Origin: an uncultured Pelagibacteraceae bacterium
GTDB lineage: Bacteria > Pseudomonadota > Alphaproteobacteria > Pelagibacterales > Pelagibacteraceae
Direction of reading: 5' to 3'
NCBI GenBank assembly: GCA_902594705.1
Contig: CACJNI010000006.1
Coordinates: forward strand, 4,781-68,780
Length of the DNA: 64,000 nt
The translations under genes and the position numbers were made by a program. Shown piece after piece: positions 20,043-29,704 of this stretch; the stretch's first letter is position 1, and every line of letters begins with the position of its first letter. The notes under the pieces are model-generated. The model was not told the origin of the DNA. It did not search any database and worked only from the letters and a program-made list of their open reading frames with translations.

Positions 20043-21721
20043 GTTTTTTAAAAATACAAAATTTAAGTGTAGATTATAAATTGAGAAAAGAGACAGTTCA
20101 TGCTGCAAAAGATATTAATATTGAGATAAAAAGAGGAGAAATTGTAGGATTAGTTGGGGAATCTGGGTCTGGAAAAAGTACTGTAGCAAATGCAATAATT
20201 GATTTAATTGACGAACCAGGGAAAGTATCTGAAGGATCAATTTATTTAAGCGACATAAATATTCATGAAAATAAAAAAAATATTCTAAGTTTAAGAGGAA
20301 AAAAAATTGGATTTATTTTTCAAGATCCTCAGACATCTTTAAATCCTATCTTAACAATTGGACAACAACTTATTGAAACAATCCAAACTCATTTAAACCT
20401 CAGTAACTCAAAAGCAAAAGAAAAAGCAATAAATCTTTTAAAAGAAGTAGGCATAAAAGATGCTGAAAAAAGATTTAATGATTATCCTCATCAATTTTCA
20501 GGAGGTATGAGACAAAGGGTTGTTATATCACTTTCTCTATGTTGTGAACCAGAGTTGTTAATTGCAGATGAGCCCACAACTGCACTTGATGTATCAATAC
20601 AATCACAAATATTAGAACTTATCAAAAAACTGACTAAAGAGAGAAACTTAGCAGTTATATTAATTACACATGATATGGGAGTTATAGCAGAGACTACCAA
20701 TAGAGTTGCTGTCATGAAAAATGGTAATTTGGTAGAATTGGGAACAACAAAGCAAATATTAACAGAGCCAAAAGAAACTTATACGAAAAGTTTAGTTAGT
20801 TCTGTTCCTCCAACAAATAAAAAAATATCCAGATTTAAAATTATAGAGAAAGAAAGCAATAACCAGGAAAACATTAATTTAAAAATTTTAAACAGATGGA
20901 ATAAAAGAGAGATTTTAAAAAAAGATTTAGTTCAAATAAAAAATCTCTGTAAAACTTTTAATGAAGGTTTTTTTACAGAAAAATCTCAAAATAATGTATT
21001 AGCAGTTGATACTGTTTCATTTAATATACAAGAGGGAAAATCTTTTGGACTTGTTGGTGAAAGTGGCAGTGGAAAAACTACAATTGCAAAAATGATTGTT
21101 AATTTATTTAAACCCACCTCAGGTGAAATTTATTTTGATGATGTATGTATTAATAATATAAAAAGTAACAAAGAATTACTTAAATTTAGAAAACAAATTC
21201 AAATGATATTCCAAGATCCGTACTCTTCGTTGAATGGTAGGCTTAAGGTTAAAGATATCATTGCTGAACCTATAAAGTTACATGATGCAAATATTAGCTC
21301 TAATGAATTAAAAGAGTATATAAATGATCTCTTAGACTCTGTGGAGTTATCCAAGTCTTCAGCCGAAAGATATCCTCATGAGTTTTCAGGAGGACAGAGA
21401 CAAAGAATTTCTATTGCAAGAGCATTAGCAACAAAACCAAGATTATTAGTTTGTGATGAGCCAACATCTGCTTTGGATGTGAGTATTCAGGCTCAAATAC
21501 TAAATTTACTTAAAGATTTACAAGAACAACTTAATTTAACTATCCTTTTTATAAGTCATGATCTACCAGTTGTTCGACAAATGTGTGATGATATTGGAGT
21601 TTTAAGGAATGGAAAACTATGCGAGGTTTCTGAGACAGAAGAGTTGTTTAAAAATCCAAATCATGAATATACTAAGGAATTATTAAGATTAATGCCTAAA
21701 ATAGAAACAATTTACAATTAA
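20039..21721 (+). CDS. Fused double-NBD ABC ATPase (DppD-DppF fusion)
   Basis: Two complete sets of motifs: GESGSGKST / FSGGMRQR / LIADEPTTALD and GESGSGKTT / FSGGQRQR / LVCDEPTSALD. ATGA overlap with the permease gene. Confidence 0.9.
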   Translation: MSFLKIQNLSVDYKLRKETVHAAKDINIEIKRGEIVGLVGESGSGKSTVANAIIDLIDEPGKVSEGSIYLSDINIHENKKNILSLRGKKIGFIFQDPQTSLNPILTIGQQLIETIQTHLNLSNSKAKEKAINLLKEVGIKDAEKRFNDYPHQFSGGMRQRVVISLSLCCEPELLIADEPTTALDVSIQSQILELIKKLTKERNLAVILITHDMGVIAETTNRVAVMKNGNLVELGTTKQILTEPKETYTKSLVSSVPPTNKKISRFKIIEKESNNQENINLKILNRWNKREILKKDLVQIKNLCKTFNEGFFTEKSQNNVLAVDTVSFNIQEGKSFGLVGESGSGKTTIAKMIVNLFKPTSGEIYFDDVCINNIKSNKELLKFRKQIQMIFQDPYSSLNGRLKVKDIIAEPIKLHDANISSNELKEYINDLLDSVELSKSSAERYPHEFSGGQRQRISIARALATKPRLLVCDEPTSALDVSIQAQILNLLKDLQEQLNLTILFISHDLPVVRQMCDDIGVLRNGKLCEVSETEELFKNPNHEYTKELLRLMPKIETIYN

Positions 21722-21730
21722 GGAGGTGAA

Positions 21731-22123
21731 ATGGCAGTTTTTAATATGATTGAAGAAGCTGATGCTACAGGAAAAGTGAAAGAGGTATTTGAAGATATAA
21801 AAAAGAAGAGAAATACAGACTACATAAACAATTTTTGGAAAATGTTAGCCAATAACCCAGAAACTTTAGAGAGAACTTGGACTTCTATACAGCAAGTGAT
21901 GAAAAAAGGTGCTTTGGATGAAATGACAAAAGAGCTTATTTATGTTGCAGTTTCAATGACAAATAGTTGTGAGTATTGTATTAAATCTCACAGTATCGCT
22001 GCTAAATCTAAAGGTGCTACTACAGAGATGTTAAGCGAACTTATTGCAGTTGTTGCAATGGCAAATGAAACTAACAGACTTGTTGAATCATATCAGGTAA
22101 AAGTTGACAAAGTTTATGAATGA
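21731..22123 (+). CDS. Carboxymuconolactone decarboxylase / AhpD-like family protein
   Basis: 130 aa with the CxxC-x2-H motif CEYCIKSH typical of AhpD-like proteins. Confidence 0.75.
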   Translation: MAVFNMIEEADATGKVKEVFEDIKKKRNTDYINNFWKMLANNPETLERTWTSIQQVMKKGALDEMTKELIYVAVSMTNSCEYCIKSHSIAAKSKGATTEMLSELIAVVAMANETNRLVESYQVKVDKVYE

Positions 22124-22676
22124 TAGAGCCAAAGCAATATTAGATTTTTGGTTTGATGATATGGTCGTTGAAAAGCGATTTAAAAGAGATGATAATTTTG
22201 ATCAATTGATTAGAGACAAATTCAAAGATGATCATGAAAAAGCTACTTTAAATGAATATGATGATTGGCAAGATGAACCATTAAGTACTCTAGCTTTAGT
22301 TATTTTATTGGATCAATTTTCAAGAAATTTATATAGAGATGATAAAAAAGCTTTTGAGTTTGATCATAAAGCAAGACTGATTGTAAATGATGCAGTCTAT
22401 AACGGGTATCTTGATCAAATGGATGAATATCAACGTTTTTTCATGCTATTGCCATACATTCACAGTGAAGAAGTTATAGATCATGATAGAGCATATAAAT
22501 TGTTAGATAATTATTTATCTAATCATCCAAACTATAATGAGATAAAAAAATTTTGGAAAGATCATACCGCTGCAATTAAACGATTTCATAGATATCCGCA
22601 TCGAAATAAAGTTATGGGGAGAAAATCTACACCGGATGAGTTAAAATTTTTGGAGAGTCCAAATTCCTCTTGGTAA
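22116..22676 (+). CDS. DUF924 family protein
   Basis: LALVILLDQFSRNLYR, LPYIHSEE and RFHRYPHRNKVMGRKSTPDE match my memory of the DUF924 signature blocks. ATG at 22116 (ATGAATGA overlap) preferred over the track start at 22104. Confidence 0.75.
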   Translation: MNDRAKAILDFWFDDMVVEKRFKRDDNFDQLIRDKFKDDHEKATLNEYDDWQDEPLSTLALVILLDQFSRNLYRDDKKAFEFDHKARLIVNDAVYNGYLDQMDEYQRFFMLLPYIHSEEVIDHDRAYKLLDNYLSNHPNYNEIKKFWKDHTAAIKRFHRYPHRNKVMGRKSTPDELKFLESPNSSW

Positions 22677-23591
22677 TTATTCTATTGGATAATCCCAAGC
22701 ATCTCCACCAATTACCTTTGATATAGCAGAAAAATCTTTCGAACTGTTTCCATCCTCACAAAACTTTGAATATATTTCTAATGCCATCTCTCCTAATGGA
22801 GTAGATGCATTTGCATTTTTAGCACATTCATTTGCAAGTTTTAAATCTTTGTTCATCATACCTGCAGAAAAGCCTGGCTTATATTTATTGTTAGATGGAG
22901 TTCCTTCAATTAATCCAGGTAAAGGTGGATAAACTGAAATAGGCCAACTATTTCCGGAAGCATTTTTCATAATTTCATGAACTTTCTTTATATCTATATT
23001 CAATCTTCTTGCTAACATTAATGACTCTGAAGCAGCAATCATTGTTATTCCAAGAGACATGTTGTTACAAATCTTTGCACCGTTTCCGCTTCCTATCTCT
23101 CCAGCATGATAAATATTTTTACCCATTAATTTTAAAATAGGTAAAGCTTGATTAAATGCATCATTTGATCCACCAACCATAATATTTAAAGTTGCTTTTT
23201 GTGCACCCATCACTCCACCACTTACTGGTGCATCAATCATCTTAATACCTTTTTCATTTGCTTTCTTTCCTATTTCTTTAGAGGTATCTATATCGATTGT
23301 TGAACAATCTATTAGTAGACAATTTTTAGAAACTTTATCTAGAACACCATTTTCTTTTAAATAAACTTCTTTTGAATGTTTTCCCTCAGGCAGCATAGTG
23401 ATTACAACAGACGTTTCACTATTGATTAGTTTTCCAAAATCCTTCTCAACATCAAGATTATTTTCAACTGCTTTATCAATCATTTCTTTAGAAACATCAA
23501 AAACCTTAACCTTTTTCCCTGCGTTCTTTAAATTACAGGCCATTGGGTTTCCCATATTACCAACTCCTATAAAAGCTATATTTTCACTCAT
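22677..23591 (-). CDS. 3-hydroxyisobutyrate dehydrogenase family protein
   Basis: IAFIGVGNMGNPMACNL Rossmann motif, DAPVSGG, KICNN. Last gene of the TRAP operon. Its stop abuts the convergent DUF924 stop with zero spacer. Confidence 0.8.
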   Translation of the reverse strand: MSENIAFIGVGNMGNPMACNLKNAGKKVKVFDVSKEMIDKAVENNLDVEKDFGKLINSETSVVITMLPEGKHSKEVYLKENGVLDKVSKNCLLIDCSTIDIDTSKEIGKKANEKGIKMIDAPVSGGVMGAQKATLNIMVGGSNDAFNQALPILKLMGKNIYHAGEIGSGNGAKICNNMSLGITMIAASESLMLARRLNIDIKKVHEIMKNASGNSWPISVYPPLPGLIEGTPSNNKYKPGFSAGMMNKDLKLANECAKNANASTPLGEMALEIYSKFCEDGNSSKDFSAISKVIGGDAWDYPIE

Positions 23592-23603
23592 ATGACATCC
23601 TCT

Positions 23604-23825
23604 CTATTTAGTAATTTTTTCCACTAATTTATTAACCAACGGTGCAACAAAAGTTGTTGCAACTAATGCAACTGGCAAACTAATAGACCAAGCTTTGAAA
23701 AATCTTTTATAATAAAATTCATCATAACCTGTATTTATAAATGTAATAATTAGGGTCATTAACAAACTCATTCCTAAACCCATAAAAAAAACGAAAAGAA
23801 TTTTAGAGAATTTTTTTGGAAACAT
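23604..23825 (-). CDS. Small two-TM membrane protein (DUF2798-like)
   Basis: 73 aa with two hydrophobic helices. Pattern ...GMSLLMT...G....F...W.....P.A... recalled for DUF2798. Translationally coupled to the upstream gene (1-nt overlap). Confidence 0.5.
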   Translation of the reverse strand: MFPKKFSKILFVFFMGLGMSLLMTLIITFINTGYDEFYYKRFFKAWSISLPVALVATTFVAPLVNKLVEKITK

Positions 23826-24700
23826 TATTTATATTTGTCTTCAATATCGTAATATTCGTTGAAGCCAACTATATCTCTTAAGTCTGAAAATTTAGAAACA
23901 TTTTTATTATAAACTTTATTTTTCATATTATTCAAACATTCTTGCATCGTTTTTACTGATGCACTCATTAGGGTTAGAGGCATTACAGCAATTTTATAAC
24001 CAATTTCCTCTATTTCATTAATTTCTAATAATGGGGTTTCACCATCTTCGATCAAATTTAACATATGATGACCTGGAACTTCTTTGATAATTCTTTTCAT
24101 ATCTTCTTTATTTTTAACAGCTTCAATAAATAAAATATCAACACCAAGTTTTGAAAATGATTGCATTCTTTTAATTGCATCATCCAATCCTCTAGTTGCT
24201 ATGGCATCAGTTCTTGCCATTATTAAGATATCTTTATTTCCATATTCTCTTGCGTCCACTGCAGCTTTAATTCTTGAGTTAGCCTCATCAAGATCGACAA
24301 CATCTTTTCCCTTTGTGTGACCACATTTTTTTGGCCACTTTTGGTCTTCAATCATCACACCAGCTGCTCCTGCATCCGCATACCCTCTTACAGTTCTAAA
24401 TACGTTCACTGAATTTCCATATCCAGTATCCCCATCAAATATTATTGGAATTGATGTAGCATTGCATATATTTCTTACTTGTTCTGCCATTTCAGAAAAA
24501 GAAATTAAACCTGTGTCCGGCATACCAAGCTTTGTAGATGAAACACTGAAGCCAGACATAAATCCAACTTTCAAACCTTCTCTTTCAATTAATTTTGCTG
24601 ATAATGCATCAAAGCATCCAGGCATTACAATTATTTCTGGTCCATTTAATAATTGTCTTAATTGTTCTGCTTTATCTTTTGATTTTATTTTTGAAAACAT
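23825..24700 (-). CDS. Isocitrate lyase / PEP mutase superfamily C-C lyase (methylisocitrate-lyase-like)
   Basis: MPGCFDALSA, FDGDTGYG and the gating-loop signature KKCGH (WPKKCGHTKGK), which in this superfamily marks lyases rather than mutases. Confidence 0.8.
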   Translation of the reverse strand: MFSKIKSKDKAEQLRQLLNGPEIIVMPGCFDALSAKLIEREGLKVGFMSGFSVSSTKLGMPDTGLISFSEMAEQVRNICNATSIPIIFDGDTGYGNSVNVFRTVRGYADAGAAGVMIEDQKWPKKCGHTKGKDVVDLDEANSRIKAAVDAREYGNKDILIMARTDAIATRGLDDAIKRMQSFSKLGVDILFIEAVKNKEDMKRIIKEVPGHHMLNLIEDGETPLLEINEIEEIGYKIAVMPLTLMSASVKTMQECLNNMKNKVYNKNVSKFSDLRDIVGFNEYYDIEDKYK

Positions 24701-24702
24701 AT

Positions 24703-25974
24703 TTATAATTTAAAAGGTATATATAATGCTAGGTCAGGGAATAAGTAAATAACAAATACTGTAAATAACATTATAATGACAAAAGGTATCACACCTTTAG
24801 CTATTTCTGACATTTTTGCTTTACCAATTGCTTGGAGAACATAAATATTTAGTCCAACAGGTGGTGTAATTAATGCACACTCAATCATTAGTGTAAAAAT
24901 TATTCCAAACCAAATTAAATCAATATTCATTGCAGCGATTGAAATCGAAAATATAGGCATCATGATTAAAATTAATGAAAGGGTTTCCATTATAAATCCT
25001 AAGATTAGCAAAGTAATACAAACAACAAGTATAAATAAACCAGTCTCATTAATATTAGTAACTATGAAAGATGATAAATCTTGAGGAATTCTATAAAGCG
25101 AAATTGCTTTACCAAAAACTTTAGCTCCTGCAATAATTATAAATATTGTAACTGTAGTTTTCATTGTCTCCAAACCAGCTTCGATAAAACCTTTAAAATC
25201 CAATCTTTTTTTAGCCACAACATAGATAAATGATATTAAAAAACCAATACCACCTGCTTCTGTTGGTGTATAAATTCCAGCATAAATTCCACCCAGCATA
25301 ATGAAGGCCATTAATAATATTGGCAAACCTCTTTTTGTGTATTTAATTTTTTCTTCTAAAGTACTGGATACATTTTGAACTTCTTTATTAAAAAATTTCA
25401 CGTAAAAAACTGAAAAGATAATAAAAAATAATGCTAAAACTATTCCTGGCCCAATTCCAGCAAGAAACATACTTAGTACAGACTCTTCAACAACAAATGC
25501 ATAAACAATCATTGGAATTGATGGAGGAATTAAAATCCCTAAAGTTCCACCCGCTGCCAAAATACCTAAAGTAAAGTTTCTGTGATAACCTCTATTAATC
25601 ATTGCAGGAAATGCTACAGTTGAGATTGTTGCTGCAGTAGCCACTGATGATCCAGATATAGCAGCAAAAATACTGCAAGAAACTATAGTTGCTATTGCTA
25701 AACCTCCTGGAAAATTTCCAACCCAGCTTTGAGCAAAATTAAAAAGATCTTCTCCAACACCTGCCTTTAATAATATATTAGACATCATCAAAAACATCGG
25801 AACAGCTAATAAAATAAAGTTATCTGCCACACTGTAAAAAGTTTGTGGGATCATTAAAGGAGAAATATCTCCAAATAACATTAAACCCAATCCTATAGAA
25901 CCTAAACCAAATGCTATTGGCACTCCTAAAAAAAGCACGAAAAATAACAAAAATAAGATTATTGCTACTGTCAT
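24703..25974 (-). CDS. dctM: TRAP transporter large permease
   Basis: 423-aa polytopic protein with DctM-type repeats. Overlaps dctQ by 4 nt. Confidence 0.9.
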   Translation of the reverse strand: MTVAIILFLLFFVLFLGVPIAFGLGSIGLGLMLFGDISPLMIPQTFYSVADNFILLAVPMFLMMSNILLKAGVGEDLFNFAQSWVGNFPGGLAIATIVSCSIFAAISGSSVATAATISTVAFPAMINRGYHRNFTLGILAAGGTLGILIPPSIPMIVYAFVVEESVLSMFLAGIGPGIVLALFFIIFSVFYVKFFNKEVQNVSSTLEEKIKYTKRGLPILLMAFIMLGGIYAGIYTPTEAGGIGFLISFIYVVAKKRLDFKGFIEAGLETMKTTVTIFIIIAGAKVFGKAISLYRIPQDLSSFIVTNINETGLFILVVCITLLILGFIMETLSLILIMMPIFSISIAAMNIDLIWFGIIFTLMIECALITPPVGLNIYVLQAIGKAKMSEIAKGVIPFVIIMLFTVFVIYLFPDLALYIPFKL

Positions 25975-26447
25975 TTAATTATATCTTTGATGTATTTAGG
26001 TACTTCGAAAAGCACTCTTAATACCAAAAATGCAAAACATAATGGTATCGCAAATTCTGTAAGAAAGGATGGAACATCTAAAATTGTAGAGCTTGTTCTT
26101 CCAACTTTAAGAGAGTCGTAAGCAATTAACCATCCATAATAAAGTACAAATCCACTAAAAATTAAAATGAATATTGCACTTATTAAATCTAATATCTTTT
26201 TTCCTTTATCTCCTACTTTGTCATATATAACTGTTATTCTGATAAAATCATTTTTATGAAAAGTATAAGTTAAAGCTAAATAAGTAGCCCAAATTTGTAA
26301 AAATCGAGAAATTTCGTTTACCCAAATAGTAGGTGAATTAAATATGTATCTCATGATAACTTCATAAGAAACTATAAAGCCTATCATAATAAATAACGCT
26401 GAAGCTAAATAGCCAGAATATTTTACAATTTTGTCGTAGGTATTCAT
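25971..26447 (-). CDS. dctQ: TRAP transporter small permease
   Basis: Four-TM protein of ~158 aa between dctP and dctM. ATG at 26447 (MNTYDK) preferred, because the track start (GTG at 26462) lies inside the intercistronic hairpin. Confidence 0.8.
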   Translation of the reverse strand: MNTYDKIVKYSGYLASALFIMIGFIVSYEVIMRYIFNSPTIWVNEISRFLQIWATYLALTYTFHKNDFIRITVIYDKVGDKGKKILDLISAIFILIFSGFVLYYGWLIAYDSLKVGRTSSTILDVPSFLTEFAIPLCFAFLVLRVLFEVPKYIKDIIK

Positions 26448-26450
26448 TTG

Positions 26451-26475
26451 AAAACCCCGCACTTAAGTGCGGGGT
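26451..26475 (-). terminator. Intercistronic terminator/attenuator hairpin between dctP and dctQ
   Basis: Minus-strand RNA reads ACCCCGCAC-TTAA-GTGCGGGGT followed by TTT, giving a 9-bp GC-rich stem in an AT-rich context directly after the SBP gene. Confidence 0.6.
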
Positions 26476-26486
26476 ATTTATACGAT

Positions 26487-27476
26487 TTAAAGTTTGTTTG
26501 CAGCTTTTACAAGTTGATCACCAACTCCACCAGCTCCACCTGTTCTAGAAATGTAATCATCAATAACAGATGACGATGCTTTTTTAAGAGCAGAAACTTC
26601 AGAACTACTTAGGTTTACAATGTTCATTCCATTTGCTTTTGCTTCTTTGTAAGCGCCAGCCTCGATGTTAGCCATGTCATCTCTAACAGCTTTTTCAGCT
26701 ACTTTTGATGCTTCAGCTATAGCGTCTCTTTGTTTTTGAGTTAATGAGCTTAGCCATTTATCATTAGCAACAACAACGAATTCGATATCGCCATGATTTG
26801 TAACTGTTAAAGTATCCATTACTTGATATAATTTTCTAGATTTTACACCAGATACACCAGTCATACCTGCATCAACTGTATTTCTTTGGTAAGCTAAATA
26901 TTGCTCAGATCCAGATATTAATGCTGGTTTACCACCTAAAGAACTCACAAAAGCTCCAAGTGTTTTTCCAAAAACTCTGATTTTTTTGTCTTTAAAATCA
27001 GCCGGAGTTTTCATTGGACCACCATTGGATAACATAATTGCTGATCCATAAGCTTGATAATAAAGTGGAACAGCTCCAGTCTTTGCTATTGCAGGATCAA
27101 GAATAGCTCTTATCTCAGATCCAGCTTGAGTTGCTTTTCTTACTTTTTGTTCTGAATCAAATAAGAATGGAAGATAGAAAACATCAACTTCAGGATTAGT
27201 TCCTGCAAATCTTGTTATAGATGCAACACCAGCTTCGATCGCTCCTGAACCTACAGCTTGCGGAACCTCTTTATCTTTGTAAAGTTGTGCAGAGTCGTAA
27301 ATCTCTACTTTAATGTCTGATCTTGATTCTAATTCTTTTTTAAATACCAAAAGGTTCTGACCTAAGTGAGCCTTTAATGGTAATTGAAGTGTAATTCTCA
27401 TTTTTGTTTCTGCCAAACTTGCACTGGCAAAAGAAACGAAAATTAGAGAAAATATTATTCTTTTAAAGATTTTCAT
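26487..27476 (-). CDS. dctP: TRAP transporter substrate-binding protein
   Basis: Signal peptide, 329 aa, DctP-family pattern. SD GAGGGA upstream. First gene of the dctPQM operon. Confidence 0.9.
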   Translation of the reverse strand: MKIFKRIIFSLIFVSFASASLAETKMRITLQLPLKAHLGQNLLVFKKELESRSDIKVEIYDSAQLYKDKEVPQAVGSGAIEAGVASITRFAGTNPEVDVFYLPFLFDSEQKVRKATQAGSEIRAILDPAIAKTGAVPLYYQAYGSAIMLSNGGPMKTPADFKDKKIRVFGKTLGAFVSSLGGKPALISGSEQYLAYQRNTVDAGMTGVSGVKSRKLYQVMDTLTVTNHGDIEFVVVANDKWLSSLTQKQRDAIAEASKVAEKAVRDDMANIEAGAYKEAKANGMNIVNLSSSEVSALKKASSSVIDDYISRTGGAGGVGDQLVKAANKL

Positions 27477-27551
27477 GTTATTTCCCTCTTTTTTGTTAAA
27501 TGAGACTATTTAAGTCGACTTTAAAATTAAATACAATATTAATAATCATCA

Positions 27552-28451
27552 ATGAATTGGATAATTGTAGCTATTTCTGGGGCTTTTTTTCAAAATCTTA
27601 GATCAACTTTACAGAAAAAACTTAATCAAAAAGTATCTACTATTGCATCAACTTATGTAAGATTTGCTTTTGCGTTACCATTTGGGACAGTTTTATTTTT
27701 TTTGTATTTCCAAGATTTAAATGTAATTCCTGAAATACTAAGTCAAAAAAAATTTATATTTAACGTATTATTAGGTTCAATTTTCCAAATAATTTTTACA
27801 TTTGTTTTACTCTATTTATTTAGATTTGCTAATTTTGTAGTTGGAACTTCATTGAGCAAGACTGAAGTTATTCAAGTTGCAATTTTTGAATATTTAATAA
27901 TAGGGGATAAATTAAATAAATTTGGAATAACAGGAATTATTGTATCTACAATTGGAGTAATTATATTATCGATTAAAGATTTAAGTTTATTTATAAAAAA
28001 CTTATTTTCAAAAACAACTTTAATTGGTTTATCCGCAGGACTATTCTTAGGTTTAAGTGTTGTATATTTTAGAGCAGCAGCATTAACATTGGAAAATTTT
28101 AGTAATAACTTTGAAAAAGCTATAGCAACACTATTTTTTGGTCTAGTTATACAAACAACATTAGTTACTATTTATTTAATTATATTTGAAAAGTCACAGT
28201 TTAAAAAATTATATGAAAACAAGTATGAATGCTTGACAGCTGGGTTAGCTGGATTTCTCGCAACATTATCTTGGTTTTATGCTTTTACCTTAATACAGTC
28301 TTCATTTGTTAGAGCTATCGGCCAAATAGAATTATTATTTAGCTATGTGTCTTCAAAGTATATGTTTAAAGAAAAAGTTAAAATTACAGAAATTTTAGGG
28401 ATAATTATATTTGTAATAGGTGTACTAATTTTATTACTTAATAAGAGCTAA
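27552..28451 (+). CDS. EamA/DMT-superfamily transporter
   Basis: 299 aa with ~10 predicted TM helices arranged as two similar halves. Confidence 0.65.
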   Translation: MNWIIVAISGAFFQNLRSTLQKKLNQKVSTIASTYVRFAFALPFGTVLFFLYFQDLNVIPEILSQKKFIFNVLLGSIFQIIFTFVLLYLFRFANFVVGTSLSKTEVIQVAIFEYLIIGDKLNKFGITGIIVSTIGVIILSIKDLSLFIKNLFSKTTLIGLSAGLFLGLSVVYFRAAALTLENFSNNFEKAIATLFFGLVIQTTLVTIYLIIFEKSQFKKLYENKYECLTAGLAGFLATLSWFYAFTLIQSSFVRAIGQIELLFSYVSSKYMFKEKVKITEILGIIIFVIGVLILLLNKS

Positions 28452-28783
28452 TTAATTCTTCCAAGATAATTAACCATTACAACACCAATAATAATTAAAA
28501 AAATTCCAATTAAACCGTATATATTTGGTATCTGATTATATTTAATCATCCCGAAGACTAAAATAGCAGCCACTGTTATCCCACTATAAGTGGCATAAGT
28601 AAAACCTACTGGTATCATAGACATAGCTTTTGCAAGTCCATACATAGTTATACACATAAAAGCTATTGATAATATCGTTGGAGTTAATTTTGAAAATCCA
28701 TCTGAAATTTTAGCAAAACTATTTGCGGCAATTCCTGTTGATATAGCTAATACTAAATAAATGTAACCAGATAACGGTTTCAC
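28448..28783 (-). CDS. SMR-family small membrane protein (SugE/EmrE-like fold), TM1 glutamate absent
   Basis: 111 aa, 4 TM. ...SDGFSKLTPTILSI...AMSMIPVGFTYATYSGI... parallels SugE/EmrE (GF(S/T)RL.PS; (I/L)P(V/T)G.AYA.W.G). TM1 (GYIYLVLAISTGIAANSFAK) contains no acidic residue. Confidence 0.8.
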   Translation of the reverse strand: MKPLSGYIYLVLAISTGIAANSFAKISDGFSKLTPTILSIAFMCITMYGLAKAMSMIPVGFTYATYSGITVAAILVFGMIKYNQIPNIYGLIGIFLIIIGVVMVNYLGRIN

Positions 28784-29115
28784 TTATTTGTTCCTAATAA
28801 GTTAACTATTAAGACACCCGAGATAATTAAAATCAATCCAATTATTGTATAAAAATTTGGTACTTGATTAAATTTTATAACACCAACGGCAGCTGTTGCA
28901 ATTATACATAAGCCTGCAAAAGAGGCATATGTTATTCCAACTGGTATACTTTTCATAACTAAAGACAAAGTATACATGCATCCAACAATTGTTACTGCTG
29001 TGATTATACTAGGTATTAATAATGTAAAACCTTGAGCACTTTTAGCAAAACTGTTAGATGCTGTTCCAAGAATTACTGCGATTAATAAAATTATATAAGC
29101 AGTTATATTATTCAT
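28780..29115 (-). CDS. SMR-family small membrane protein, partner of 28448-28783, TM1 glutamate absent
   Basis: ~111 aa from the ATG at 29115 (MNNITAY), 4 TM, ...AQGFTLLIPSII...MKSIPVGITYASFAGL... TM1 (AYIILLIAVILGTASNSFAK) has no acidic residue. 4-nt overlap with the downstream SMR gene. Confidence 0.75.
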   Translation of the reverse strand: MNNITAYIILLIAVILGTASNSFAKSAQGFTLLIPSIITAVTIVGCMYTLSLVMKSIPVGITYASFAGLCIIATAAVGVIKFNQVPNFYTIIGLILIISGVLIVNLLGTNK

Positions 29116-29704
29116 TTGCCTTCGACCATTTGATTGCATCTTCCATTCTATCATCTCCCCAGAATATTTCATTTTTTACAACAAATGACGGACTTCCAAA
29201 TATTTTATTTTTTCTAGCTTTTTCTGTATTTGATAAATAAATATTATTTATTTCCTCAGAGCTTGCCTCTGAAACAATCTTTTCTTTATCTAAGCTTAGT
29301 TTTTCGCAGATTTCACTCAAGTTTGGTTCAACAGCAGGCTCTTTTCCTTCTTGAAACCATCGTTTATACGTAAGCTGAACGTAATCTACACCCCAATTAT
29401 TTTTTAAACCTAATATTGCAATTTTATTAGCTAAATCAAATTCTGTTAAAGGGTAAGGGACTGGTGTTTTAGCAAAAAATCCATAATTTTTTGCTCGTCT
29501 TTCTATGTCCCTCCACATGTAATCTACTTTATTTTTTTTTTCTTTAGGAAAGGGAACATTGTTCATTTCTTTCATTATTGCTCTCACACTAAAAGGAGTC
29601 CAATTAAACTTAATTTGATGTTGTTTTTCTGCTTCTAGTGCTCGAGTAACCGAAAGATAAGTATAAGTACTTCCAATAGAAAAATAAAAATCTATGTTGT
29701 TCAC
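29108..29704 (-). CDS. DsbA-fold 2-hydroxychromene-2-carboxylate isomerase-like protein
   Basis: IDFYFSIGSTYTYL N-terminus, the HCCA-isomerase/DsbA-like pattern FYFDxxSPxxYL with the CxxC replaced. C-terminal IFGSPSFVV...FWGDDR motif. Confidence 0.7.
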   Translation of the reverse strand: MNNIDFYFSIGSTYTYLSVTRALEAEKQHQIKFNWTPFSVRAIMKEMNNVPFPKEKKNKVDYMWRDIERRAKNYGFFAKTPVPYPLTEFDLANKIAILGLKNNWGVDYVQLTYKRWFQEGKEPAVEPNLSEICEKLSLDKEKIVSEASSEEINNIYLSNTEKARKNKIFGSPSFVVKNEIFWGDDRMEDAIKWSKANE

